Of a DNA stretch of 36,061 nt, positions 18,601-28,500 are shown piece by piece. The notes beneath the pieces were generated by a model that saw only the letters and a list, made by a program, of their open reading frames with translations, had not been told where the DNA came from and did not search any database. The position numbers were made by a program, and so were the translations under genes. How positions within the stretch are numbered: the first letter of the stretch is position 1; each line of letters starts with the position of its first letter. Location of the stretch: the IMG/VR virus record IMGVR_UViG_3300028829_001232, positions 1-36,061 of that record, one strand, 5' to 3'. The stretch comes from a virus. Lineage: Duplodnaviria; Caudoviricetes.

Positions 18601-21100
18601 TTTAGCCCCTGGCGTAGATCTTCATGATGGAAATTTTGGCGTGCAAACAGGTTTAGAGGGCGTTACCCGCGTGGGTTATAACAGCATTGCCTCTAAACTC
18701 CAAGGTATATGGGGTGGCGGTGTGTTCACTAAATTTGGAACAGATCTTACGGTAGATGGAACTGATCCGCAGCCCGCGGATAACTTCGCGCAAGGCCCTT
18801 ACACGGCTTTTGATTTAAACATATATAACCAAGTAGAGTTTGAGGGTAATTACAACTCAGATAACGAGCCGCAGGAAATCCCTCCTGGCCCTGGAATAGC
18901 AGGTAGCGGGTATAGTATAAGCAATGACCACTTTAGTAGGCATAGCAACCAATGGAACCCAGCGTATCAAGCTAACGGGATTATGAATGAAGATATACTT
19001 GAGTTTGTAAATAACATAACGAACTTAGAAAGCTTTAGGTTCTCTGGAGATCCAGATGGTGAGATATATAAGATAATGTCAGTTAGTGTAAAACACTTAT
19101 ACAATCACACGTCGTGGAGAGCAAGGCGAATTTTGAATGAAAGTGGTGAATATATCGCGGGTGATAACAGTGTTGAAGAAGCCGCAAGTGACTGGGCTGA
19201 TACCGTTTATGGGGAAGACGGTGGAAGTATCCAGCTTGCCGATGATTTAAAACAAAAAATACAAGATTTTGGGGCAGCTCACAATAGAAGGGTTTGCTAT
19301 ATTATAGAATTAGACAAGGATCCGACTAATGGAGAGCATTGGGATCCCACAGCGGGTCAAGCCGGCGCTCCAGCTATGAGCTTGACAACGTCTAGTAAAA
19401 TAGAGTTTATATCTGACACGCCACCACTTGTAGCCGGGCAGCTAGTCAGTTACCCAGCTATATGGGAAACAGAACCTAATCAGGTATCAGATTTAAACAT
19501 ATATTACGAAGCTAGTGGTAATATACCAACTAATATATCAGACAACAAGGAAGAGATATTTGCACCTGTAGGTTGCAAGGTGTTTATAGAAAATATTGCG
19601 CCAACCGCGGTTATCAGCCCAGAGCAAATAAACACCATTGGCGCGGTTCATATTGCTCAATGGAGTCTCGCTGAGGATGGTGTTAATTTCAAAATAAAGC
19701 TTGAACCAGGTTTACCAGCGTATAACAGCGAGCTCATAGGCGCCGAACCTGTAGCTGATTATACTGATACCATACTTAAGTTTGTAAAAACTGACGGTAG
19801 TTACACTCTTTGCAAGATATCTGACGATTTTTATGAAGGTATAAATGGATTTGTTGGATTTGGTGAACCTAATATATGGCTCAAAGACTCTTTCACCGTA
19901 GAAGCGGAATTAGATCCTAAAAACCGCGTTGGATTAAGTTGGTACAACTGCTTTTCTTTTGGAGATGGAATTGAATCTAATAGAATACGAGATGGTTTCA
20001 ACAAAATGCAGATTACAAATGGAGCTAGAGCTTCAGCTACCTTAGAAGAGCCGTATTCAGAGGAGATGCGTAAGTCTGGTTTGATATACTCTGGTATATA
20101 CAATTCTAACTCGGGCGTGAATAACTTAAACCAGTTTATTCAAGCTGAGAAAATCACTAAAGATTTAAACCCTACGTACGGTAGTATACAAAAACTCTTC
20201 TCCAGAAACACAGACTTAATTGCTCTATGTGAAGATAGAGTGTTGAAAATACTGGCCAATAAAGATGCTTTATTTAACGCTGATGGTAATCCGCAGTTAA
20301 TAGCGTCATCTCAAGTGTTAGGGCAAGCGGTTGCTTTTGTTGGGGATTTTGGTATATCTAAAAACCCAGAGTCTTTCGCATCAGAATCTTATAGAGCTTA
20401 CTTCTCAGATAAACAGAGAGGAGCGGTACTTAGGTTATCCATGGATGGTTTAACACCTATATCAGATGCTGGAATGCGTGATTACTTTAGAGATAACCTA
20501 GCGCCTGCGGACGATATTATTGGTAGTTACGACGATTATAGCAAGCAATACAATATAACTCTAACTAAGCACGCAGAAGATGCTACAAGTGAAACATTAA
20601 GCTTCAGCGAAGATGCTAAAGGTTGGGTTAGTTTTAAATCTTTTATACCTGAAAGTGGTGTTAGTTTATCAAATCAATACTTTACCATGAATAAAGGTAA
20701 GTTATGGCAGCATAACCTTGACAAAGATGTATATAATAGATTTTACGATGTAGCGTATTCATCGAATGTGACCGCGGTTTTAAACGACTCACCTTCGGTT
20801 ATAAAGAATTTCAATACTCTGAATTACGAAGGTTCTCAAGCCTCTGTTGAAGGGTATACGACGTACATGTCTGGAGAAACACAGGTTTCAAATTTAGCTC
20901 CATATAACGCGAGTGATATAACAGGTTGGGAAGCATCTGAGATTTACAACTCTGATGAGTCTGGTTTTGTCACCGAGTTTATTGAGAAAGAAGGTAAGTG
21001 GTTTAACTACATTAAAGGAGGTGATATTGAGGATAACACTTTACAACAAACATCTAAGTTTTCTGTTCAAGGATTAGGTATAGTTAAAAACGAAAAGTAA
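15611..21100 (+). CDS. Tail nozzle/muzzle (P22 gp10-like stabilization) protein (1829 aa)
   Basis: N-terminus NTFIQGKMNKDLDERL..GQYRDALNI, LFWTDG..EPKKI, GNRLVYGNY, FGISKNPESF, GWVSF and EKEGKWF are typical of crAss-type muzzle proteins; follows the ring genes. Confidence 0.8.
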   Translation: MPEIKNTFIQGKMNKDLDERLIPNGQYRDALNIGVTSSETSDAGAIENILGNTQVDAVIPEGYTCVGSISDETTNTLYWFVKGDDRDAILRFNEEESLVVIVDAYESSSERFLNFTGDHITGINIVDNFLFWTDGNSEPKKIDLDKKYHDDTSLSVDDQPSALLYVNGVSEGNLQEQHITVIKKKPSIAPTVSINTSDTVLEVRSESIFEKIFPRFCFRYKYDSGEYSAFGPFTDVVFNPIYTVGFGQFDNYVTEEPYNRAMTNVIDSIDLYDFVPSDIPKDVVQVDILYKQENSNVVYSVANIRSTDDEFTADGSQQLIGEVQGTVSKHKGKYNISTENIHAALPESQLLRPWDNVPRSALAQEITGNRLVYGNYKQGYYLDVEPKLTANYNRRQSGNFNEGGLKSIKSKRDYQVGVVLGDKYGRETPVFTSPGGSVKLKWNDDGLTLCSSSLMFEVKLDSDLPDWTDYYKFYVKQSSGEYYNLLADKAYVPFKHVDFNNKEQHIWLSLPSSDRNKLLEDDFIMLKKVYNGNDSQFVTNDNKFQVLDIENEAPDAVKFVFSNLGEVGNSSASNQENLLAGDDTDGFAEHIFPDSARRIDVETDTIYINKLAWLNFSCSGAPLVIETPSLTGGATAAETVKDIFISWEKNGNNSDRYRVSSVSLGAVSIDANTYVLKLSKKITSSDAALCEGVSSAFLSEDLKFNISRRDERSTEDFSGKFFVKIKIDTSLIDVVSTGFTPDQIYVWSSQDTSYLYDVHNISSILPESEGIVNSSTTSTQPTVTPSSGISGINGRLNTAEEWASLLSGDDNSVGRTFFIDNLSFISSNPSSSSYAKESGEGWYGARTQYGSYSWGFNANFVRPVSTPDADFIPAAEISGLPDGYYGWRFGEPASASSQESGSLLTGVLQEGFAVAAQNVTGSGFGLQPYPLLLGNEAVVNGIDGFMISNLEHTGAYAGYKRWLSDTIYSDTNLEGSNTDTTYGEVNTAGKFFLHLSFLAPGVDLHDGNFGVQTGLEGVTRVGYNSIASKLQGIWGGGVFTKFGTDLTVDGTDPQPADNFAQGPYTAFDLNIYNQVEFEGNYNSDNEPQEIPPGPGIAGSGYSISNDHFSRHSNQWNPAYQANGIMNEDILEFVNNITNLESFRFSGDPDGEIYKIMSVSVKHLYNHTSWRARRILNESGEYIAGDNSVEEAASDWADTVYGEDGGSIQLADDLKQKIQDFGAAHNRRVCYIIELDKDPTNGEHWDPTAGQAGAPAMSLTTSSKIEFISDTPPLVAGQLVSYPAIWETEPNQVSDLNIYYEASGNIPTNISDNKEEIFAPVGCKVFIENIAPTAVISPEQINTIGAVHIAQWSLAEDGVNFKIKLEPGLPAYNSELIGAEPVADYTDTILKFVKTDGSYTLCKISDDFYEGINGFVGFGEPNIWLKDSFTVEAELDPKNRVGLSWYNCFSFGDGIESNRIRDGFNKMQITNGARASATLEEPYSEEMRKSGLIYSGIYNSNSGVNNLNQFIQAEKITKDLNPTYGSIQKLFSRNTDLIALCEDRVLKILANKDALFNADGNPQLIASSQVLGQAVAFVGDFGISKNPESFASESYRAYFSDKQRGAVLRLSMDGLTPISDAGMRDYFRDNLAPADDIIGSYDDYSKQYNITLTKHAEDATSETLSFSEDAKGWVSFKSFIPESGVSLSNQYFTMNKGKLWQHNLDKDVYNRFYDVAYSSNVTAVLNDSPSVIKNFNTLNYEGSQASVEGYTTYMSGETQVSNLAPYNASDITGWEASEIYNSDESGFVTEFIEKEGKWFNYIKGGDIEDNTLQQTSKFSVQGLGIVKNEK

Positions 21101-21101
21101 T

Positions 21102-22277
21102 ATGTTAATTAATTCATTAAATATATCTTTATCTAATCTACCTAAAGAGGGTGGAAGTAGGGGTTTTTCAGTTATTGGTGAAAGAGGTGCCTCTTTCATA
21201 CTACAAGTTATTAGATTAGGTGACGGTCACTTTTATAATTTTAAAAACAAAACCTTCGCTGCTGGTTTTACTAACAATAACAACTTAAAGGGTGTATTAG
21301 CAAGTAGCAGGTATAGCGATAGTATATTATTTCCTTTAGATGCGGATGGCGAGACATACAATATCATGCTATTTCCTAATCCAGCTACGGGAACTTCTAT
21401 TAGTGGATCAAAGAATATAATACGTAAGTCTATTGTTCAAGCGGTAGACCGTACGCTAATATTCACAGCAAAACCCGTCGACACAAATGTATATACAACT
21501 AATCCACCCGACACACAGGTTACTGTAACAGGTAATCCTAGTGGCACATACAAGAGAAAGTTAGATTTAGACTGGACTTTCACAAATAAAGCTAACAATG
21601 CTAACGGGTTTGGGTTAAGACTTATTAAGCAACCTACGGAAAATGATTTTCGCTATAGAGTAACACAGAGTGTAAATGGAGCTGTAGCCGTCGCTTCCAC
21701 TCTAGTAGTTTTAGATGAGGTTACTAATTTGGTAGTTGGTATGACTTTAATATCAGGCGCGTCTTCAGGTACGCCTTCCATAAAAGCTATAGATACTATA
21801 ACTAAAACGGTTACATTATCCTCCAGTTCTACTTTTGGCGACGGAGACATATTGGCTTTTGATGCAATAGGTATGACCTCTATAAGTAAAGCTACGGGTA
21901 TTAGTGTTAAATTTAACGAACTCACAGCCACAGCTGTTGAACTAACTAAGACAGTTAGAGCGAACGTATCCAGTAGCACCACGATAACTTTAAACGGAAC
22001 ATATGGTATAGCCGGTGGCAACCATGTAGGTATAAGAGGTCTTAACGTTAATAACAGTAGCGCTAATAAAGTTACCTCTGTTAGCGCTTCTGAGGCAGCT
22101 GGCAGTATGATCGTTCAAGCAGCCCAAACTTTAACAGCTGGTACGAAATTATATTTCGATGGGTGCGCTCGGCAAATAAAGATAAAGGGGTCTATAGAGA
22201 TCACTGGTTTTCCAAGTTCTAACGTAAGCATATACTTTATACTGGAAAATTTTATAACAACAGGAGCAGCATCGTAA
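21102..22277 (+). CDS. Beta-rich tail accessory/fibre-like protein (391 aa)
   Basis: T/S/G/V-rich, two ~70-aa internal repeats each ending in FD; 1 nt after the nozzle gene. Confidence 0.6.
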   Translation: MLINSLNISLSNLPKEGGSRGFSVIGERGASFILQVIRLGDGHFYNFKNKTFAAGFTNNNNLKGVLASSRYSDSILFPLDADGETYNIMLFPNPATGTSISGSKNIIRKSIVQAVDRTLIFTAKPVDTNVYTTNPPDTQVTVTGNPSGTYKRKLDLDWTFTNKANNANGFGLRLIKQPTENDFRYRVTQSVNGAVAVASTLVVLDEVTNLVVGMTLISGASSGTPSIKAIDTITKTVTLSSSSTFGDGDILAFDAIGMTSISKATGISVKFNELTATAVELTKTVRANVSSSTTITLNGTYGIAGGNHVGIRGLNVNNSSANKVTSVSASEAAGSMIVQAAQTLTAGTKLYFDGCARQIKIKGSIEITGFPSSNVSIYFILENFITTGAAS

Positions 22278-22612
22278 TGAAAGTATATTTAACAACAAAC
22301 ATAGCTAACCCCTCTTTGCAAATTGGGGATAACGCATTTTACTGCAACGTGGAAGTTTTAAACGGTTCACAGCCAATAAACTCAGACGATGCAGTAGCAT
22401 TAGGGAATATAACTGAGATAGGTCCAGATTGGATAGAGGTGCAGAATAACGTTGAAATTCAGGACGGTGCTTTTCTTTTGTTTCAAAAATCAGCGATCGT
22501 TAACGACACTGGTCTAAGAGGACATTACATGGCTGTAACAATGAGTAATGACACAACTGAAAAAGCTGAGTTATTCGCTATAAGTTCCGAAGTAACTGAA
22601 AGTAGTAAATAA
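22277..22612 (+). CDS. Hypothetical tail-associated protein (111 aa)
   Basis: TAATG-coupled; C-terminal GLRGHYM..ELFAISSE; position in tail module. Confidence 0.7.
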   Translation: MKVYLTTNIANPSLQIGDNAFYCNVEVLNGSQPINSDDAVALGNITEIGPDWIEVQNNVEIQDGAFLLFQKSAIVNDTGLRGHYMAVTMSNDTTEKAELFAISSEVTESSK

Positions 22613-22661
22613 ACACTAAAAAATGTAACTATATATCAGTACTATACAGTTAAATTTAATT

Positions 22662-23078
22662 ATGGATAACAAAGTTACATTCAGAACGTTTAAAGAGGGT
22701 GACTACGAAATGTGTTGTGATTGGTGGAGATGGTGGTGGAAGGGTAAGATACCAGTTAAAAAAGCGTTTCTACCTAGAGATAATAGGTGTTTTATGATAG
22801 AGAGTAACGGCATACCTGTTGCCGCTAGTTTTCTCTACACAGACGAGTTAATGGGTTATTTGACATGGACTGTTTCAAACCCTAAATACAGAAATCCTGA
22901 CAGAAGACAGTTGTTAGAATTTTTGATTACAAAAATAGAGGAGGAGGCAAAAGACGTATGGGGAGTAAAGTTTTTACTTACGGTATGCGGTAATAAACAT
23001 TTAGAAAAAATGCACAGAAAATTAAATTGGTTCGTAGAGGACTCCGCTCCGTCGTACGAATGTTTTAAATACTTATAA
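22662..23078 (+). CDS. GNAT-fold acetyltransferase-like protein (138 aa)
   Basis: TFRTFKEGDY start, FMIESNGIPVAASFLY strands, VSNPKYR (motif A-like V.P.YR), LEKMHRKLNW (like FY.KLGF); sits just before the ejection genes like T7 gp13. Confidence 0.65.
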   Translation: MDNKVTFRTFKEGDYEMCCDWWRWWWKGKIPVKKAFLPRDNRCFMIESNGIPVAASFLYTDELMGYLTWTVSNPKYRNPDRRQLLEFLITKIEEEAKDVWGVKFLLTVCGNKHLEKMHRKLNWFVEDSAPSYECFKYL

Positions 23079-23079
23079 A

Positions 23080-23727
23080 ATGGGTAGAGCAGCACAAAGA
23101 GAAAACGAAACTAATATAGGGAATGCTACAAGCGAGCAGTTAAACGCGGCTAGAGAAGCGTTAGCTTCACAGCAAGCTACGCTAAGCGCGCAGAAGCAGC
23201 AGTATAGGGAGTTTGAGTTTACTAATCCGTTTTCAGACATGGAAAATCCATTTGAAGATCTAACGGTAAGCCAAGAGGCAGCTAGGTTTCAGATGGAACA
23301 AGGTACACAGCAGAGGGCTAATATAATGGATCGGATGAGTGGTGCGGCTGGATCTTCTGGAATAGCTGGTTTAGCTCAAAGTTTAGCAAATCAAGGTACA
23401 TTTCAAGCGAGACAAGTTTCAGCTGATATAGCTCAGCAGGAAGCTGGTAATCAACAACTTGCGGCTAAAGGTGGTGCGCGAATTCAAGAAATGGAAAGAC
23501 AAGGTGCCGCGGCTGTACAGCAAGCTGAATTTGGTAGAGAGTCTACTATGTATGCAGCTGAGTTGGCTGAATTAGCGGGTACTCGAGGTGCTATGCAAGG
23601 TGCGTATGGAAATCAAATGGCTGGATTAGGTGCTATATCACAAATGAACGCGGCTAGGATGGGTATGTATGGGGATATTATTAGCGGTGTTGTACAGGGT
23701 GCTGGAAACGCATTGGCGCCAATGTAA
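23080..23727 (+). CDS. Internal virion/ejection protein 1 (215 aa)
   Basis: A/Q/G/M-rich helical protein with Gly-rich hydrophobic C-terminus, typical of pilot/ejection proteins. Confidence 0.65.
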   Translation: MGRAAQRENETNIGNATSEQLNAAREALASQQATLSAQKQQYREFEFTNPFSDMENPFEDLTVSQEAARFQMEQGTQQRANIMDRMSGAAGSSGIAGLAQSLANQGTFQARQVSADIAQQEAGNQQLAAKGGARIQEMERQGAAAVQQAEFGRESTMYAAELAELAGTRGAMQGAYGNQMAGLGAISQMNAARMGMYGDIISGVVQGAGNALAPM

Positions 23728-23763
23728 CAAAGAGCAATATAAAATTTAAAAAGTTAAATTAAA

Positions 23764-25554
23764 ATGGCAGTAAATTTATATCAAGGGGCTGATCCTTCTA
23801 TATCCGCGGCGGCGGGTAGAGCCGGCACGGCTTTGGAGCCCGCGGATCTTGGGAAAACCTTTCAAGGTATGGCCACTGGATACATGTATGGAATGAGGCA
23901 CGTTGGAGCAGCGGCTGGTCAAGTTGCTAAAGTAGCTACTCAAGCAACGACTGCTATGGTAGAGGAGATTAAATCTATAAAGAGTGACGATGAATATGGT
24001 AAGGAGCATACCAGCGCTGTGTTTAATGATTTAAAAGGACTAGCAAACACATACTTTAAAAGATTTAAAGAAAAGAAAGGTGAGGATAGAAAAAAGGTTA
24101 GAGAGGAGTTTAAAGACCAATGGAGACGATCCACTAAAGGATTAAAGGCTATGATGAACGGTACGTTCATGAATGAAATGCTAGTCAAAGAAGATCAGAT
24201 CAATCAAAATTTAAGTATAGATAAAGCTATTACGCAAAGGCTTATATCAGCAAAAGGTAAACCTTTAAACGCGCCTGGTAGGTCATTTGATGGAGCTTAC
24301 GCTAGGTTAGAAACAAACGAAGAAGGAGAATACGTACAGAGGTTTTACAGTAAAGACGGTAAACCGATACATGGCTTTGATTCTAATGGTGAGATAATAT
24401 ACACGCAAAAGCGCTCTAAAGGATCGATGAATAAAGCGGCGACCATGGAGCTAGCGCCACTAACTATGACCGCAAAGGATATAAGCAACTTGTTAGTCAC
24501 AAAAGAACCAAAGGCGTTAGCTAATATTCAAGCTCAGGAACTTGCGGCAATGAAGCTTGGTTCCGCTGGTTTAGATTTTAGAGAAGGTGATTATATCAGG
24601 GTTGTAAAAGAGCAGGTTAACACCCGTAATAGATTTAACGATTTAACCCATACACCTATAGGTAATGAGCAGTCAACCTACGCGGAGCATTTGAGTAGCC
24701 CCAACAACGCTTGGAGTAAAAATATGTGGGATTCTATAAGAAACTTAGATGGTATAAAAGACACTAACGATGTTAAAGGTATTGACGCGGGTGATTTCGA
24801 CGAAAGTGATATTGAAAATATGCGAATCTTGCGTGAGCAGATGCTTAACTACGAAAACCTAGAAGCTAGAGATCTTTTCACAGAATGGTTAGTAGCGGCT
24901 GGAAAGAAGAGTTATGATGAAAGAAGATCTATCTATGACGCTAAAATAGCAGCCGGTAAGAAAGCCACTGGGGGAAAGGGTGAGACAGTAAGTGATGACG
25001 TACTTTTTACTCGAGTAATAGATGGTTCTTCTGTATATGTTCGACCTAGTACTCTAAAAAACAACGCTTCGGTCCTTAAAAACATCGAAGATGGAAATTA
25101 CAACACTAATTCGTTCACTGGGTGGAATCAGGAAACTTATTCGTTTAAAGATAATCAGTGGTATGTTAAAAAACAAGACGATAACGGAGAAATAATACAA
25201 CAACGGATACCACGAGAAACAATACTTAACGCTTTAGATCTAACTAGTAGACCTGAAATAATGAAGGATATAGGCGGTTCCCTAGAAGATCAACAGTTTG
25301 GGTATATAGGCAACGGCGACATTGGCTTCCAAAGCCAAACAGGTGCTGGGTCAAGGAATATGGGCACTAGGAGCTCGTACACTAAAAATAAAGACGGAAA
25401 TTGGGTTAAAGGTGGGAAAAGAGTGCTATATAAAAATAAAAACGGAGAATGGATGGGAATTTCAGTAAAAGGAATGCCAGAAGCCGCGGCGTCTAAAAAA
25501 ATAGCAGAATTCTTAGAGTCAACGATTATTGACCCACTTAGTCCACTAGAATAA
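23764..25554 (+). CDS. Internal virion/ejection protein 2 (596 aa)
   Basis: A/G-rich N-terminus then charged helical body; between small and giant ejection genes. Confidence 0.6.
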   Translation: MAVNLYQGADPSISAAAGRAGTALEPADLGKTFQGMATGYMYGMRHVGAAAGQVAKVATQATTAMVEEIKSIKSDDEYGKEHTSAVFNDLKGLANTYFKRFKEKKGEDRKKVREEFKDQWRRSTKGLKAMMNGTFMNEMLVKEDQINQNLSIDKAITQRLISAKGKPLNAPGRSFDGAYARLETNEEGEYVQRFYSKDGKPIHGFDSNGEIIYTQKRSKGSMNKAATMELAPLTMTAKDISNLLVTKEPKALANIQAQELAAMKLGSAGLDFREGDYIRVVKEQVNTRNRFNDLTHTPIGNEQSTYAEHLSSPNNAWSKNMWDSIRNLDGIKDTNDVKGIDAGDFDESDIENMRILREQMLNYENLEARDLFTEWLVAAGKKSYDERRSIYDAKIAAGKKATGGKGETVSDDVLFTRVIDGSSVYVRPSTLKNNASVLKNIEDGNYNTNSFTGWNQETYSFKDNQWYVKKQDDNGEIIQQRIPRETILNALDLTSRPEIMKDIGGSLEDQQFGYIGNGDIGFQSQTGAGSRNMGTRSSYTKNKDGNWVKGGKRVLYKNKNGEWMGISVKGMPEAAASKKIAEFLESTIIDPLSPLE

Positions 25555-25564
25555 ATAAAATCAT

Positions 25565-28500
25565 ATGTACGAATTAGACGGTGTAGAGTACAGTTTAGAA
25601 ACTCTACAGAATAAAGCGCAAGAGTACGGAATGGAATTTGATGCGTATATGCAGAAAATGACAGAGAAGGGTCTTGTGGAAAAGACAAAAGGTGCTGTGG
25701 GAGTCGATGCGACTGCAGCACCTCAAATAGCACCCGAAACTATGGGATCAGCATCGGAAAATGGTTCTTTGGATTTACCAAAGATAACTAACCATATAGG
25801 TGTTGGAGCTTTTGATAATGTATCAGCGCTTTACCATGAGAGTGAAGCTGTAAGCGAGTTAAATGATCACTACGGCTCAACACTTGTTGACGACGACGGT
25901 AACGCTTTGTATGAGTTCTCGGAAGCTAAAGCTGGTACTGACGCGGTACTAGTTACTAGCAAAAAGACCGGTAAGAAAAAAGAACTTCTTCTGCCAAGCG
26001 CTTGGAATAAAGCAACCGTGTCAAACTATGGCTTAGCGAATAACTACGAAACTAGTTTTCTACCAGGTTTAACAGAGTGGATGGATACGGATATGAAGAT
26101 CACGGCGGATCCGGGTTTTGTAACCGCAAGAGATAAAGCTAAGAGTGAGTTTAAAAAAAGCGTAGATATAAATACGCAAGCTGGTAGAGATTTTTTACAG
26201 CAGAACCTTGGAGACGACGTAAACTGGAAGTGGGTGCTACCAACAGACAAAGGTGGTAAAGGTGGTGTTGGAGAAGAAGATGACTATGTAGATCTAGCCA
26301 AGGGGTTGAAAAGCTTGATTATGGATCAGGGTTTGTTTTCTAGCGAGATGAAGGAAGGGTATCAAGATTTAAGCGAGACAGATGTAGACTACATTATAAA
26401 AGATATCGTACAAGCTAAATACGATAAGGCTATAGAGACAGAGCACGCTCAACACAAGGTAGATCTAGGTAGAGCCTTGGATAGAGCCGGGGTATCTTGG
26501 GGTGAGGTTGAAGGGTTACACGTGAAAGCGAAAGTAGCTCAGATGAGTAGAGACGAGAGGGTTCATTATGAGGCGAGAGAAAAGCTTAGGGGAATGCAAG
26601 CGGAGGGCTCTGGGGCTAGTCAAGCGGAAATAGACGAGCAAGTAGAGATTGTAGATAAGGCTTTTGAAACATATCAAGGGTTTTTTAATAAAAAAGAACA
26701 ACAAATTGACATTAGAACTGGTGCCTCAGTAAGTCCTGAGGCTGCTAAGGAATTAGGGGCATACGCTGTTGATGTATCTGACGGAGCTGAGCAAGAGGAG
26801 TTTATCAACGATAAACTAAAAGCAAATGAAGACCCTGAGCTGACGTATGAGGATAAGTTGAAAAACGTATTTAATAGGAACGCAAGAAATCTATGGCTTA
26901 GCGATAGGCAAGGTGAAGAGACGTTTAAAGTCGTAATAAACGACCCTGTTGCTTATAAAAGACTCCTTGTAAGTGGCAATAAACCTGTAGGTGAAACAAA
27001 AAACGGTTGGGTTTTCGATGTTAAGAAAATCGATCTAGCGATGAGCTATACAGACATCGTGAAAAGCGATGGGTCATCTCTACAAGAGTCTTTATCGGGA
27101 ACGTCATTCGCAGGTCAAGATAAGGTTTTTGATTCCCCAAGAGGATATTTCGGACTACTAGAGAAAGATGAAGAGCAGGAGTTTGGACGCTTAGAAAGAG
27201 CTAAAGACTTTATATTTGGTCAAGATGAGTTTGCGGACGATGATAAGTCTAAAGCTTTCAAAAGATCTCTTAAAGACTACAGAGATGACAGAAGAGACTA
27301 CTTATCAAGGGACAGAGTCTTAACTAGAATGTATCTGCATAATGAAGATGTAACAACTGGAAGTGATATAGTTGACGTAGTAGAACAAGGTGCTACACTT
27401 CTTTATGAAGGATTTGGTGGTATACTAGGTAGAGATATACGCGCGGATGAGTCTATGTGGCACGACGATGGCAGCGGTAGACGACAGAAGGATATCCTTG
27501 AAACTATAGTAAACTCCACAGAGCTAGACGCCACGGAAATACAAAAAGAAGAGTTTAGCAGAAGTGGTGCCTACAAAACCTTTGAAGGTGTTACGGGTTT
27601 TGTACCGGCTATAGCGGAGTTTGCAGTTTTAGATGTTGCTATAAAGAAGATTGGTGCTGTGACGGGTATACCTGGACTTATAGCTAACATAGGCAAAACG
27701 TACAAAAATGCTAAAGGCGTAAGATATACTAAACCCCAATTAGCAAAAATAGCTAAAGGAAGTAAAAAATCTGCTACACCCGCAAATAGAGGTAAGGTAA
27801 CTATTGGATCTCCAGCATTTGAAAGAAGGATACTAGATCAAGGTGGTGAAGCGGTTACTTCAAATACAAGTTGGCTTTTAGGTCACACGTATGGGGTTTT
27901 TAAAGAGGAGGTTAAAATGCAAGCAGCATTTGACGAACATTACCATATGGGTGGTGGTGCTGGTTTCTACGCCGTAGGAGCTATGTTACCCTCGTGGACA
28001 ACAAAGTACAACCAACTTAACCAGTTAATAAAGGTTGGTAAATCTGGTACAGCGGGTATGATATCTACGCAGGTGGCTAAAGCATTTGAAGCGGCTGTGC
28101 GAGACGCTTCTGGTGATGAAACTTTAACTACATTTGTAAATGAAAACTACACTAGCCTTAGCGATTTAGGTCAAGAAGCTGTAATTGACTTTGCTGTATT
28201 CGCTATAGTTGGAGGTAAAGGGTTTATAACAGACGCAGTCAAAGGGGTTCAAGGTAGAGGCGGTTCATCGTTTAGAACCACTGAAAAGCTTGACAAGTTA
28301 GAAACCGAGTTAGGTGTAAAAATAATTCCGGAACTAAAGAAGAAACTTGCTTCAGACCCCGAAAACAAAGAGTTGCAAGAAGAGCTTGAAAAATATAAAG
28401 AGTTATTTACTGATGTAAGCAACACATTAAACGGTATTGATAAGGTAGCTGACTGGACGGATCCAGCTAAAGCTCAAAAAATGGTTGAAAGGGCTGGTAG

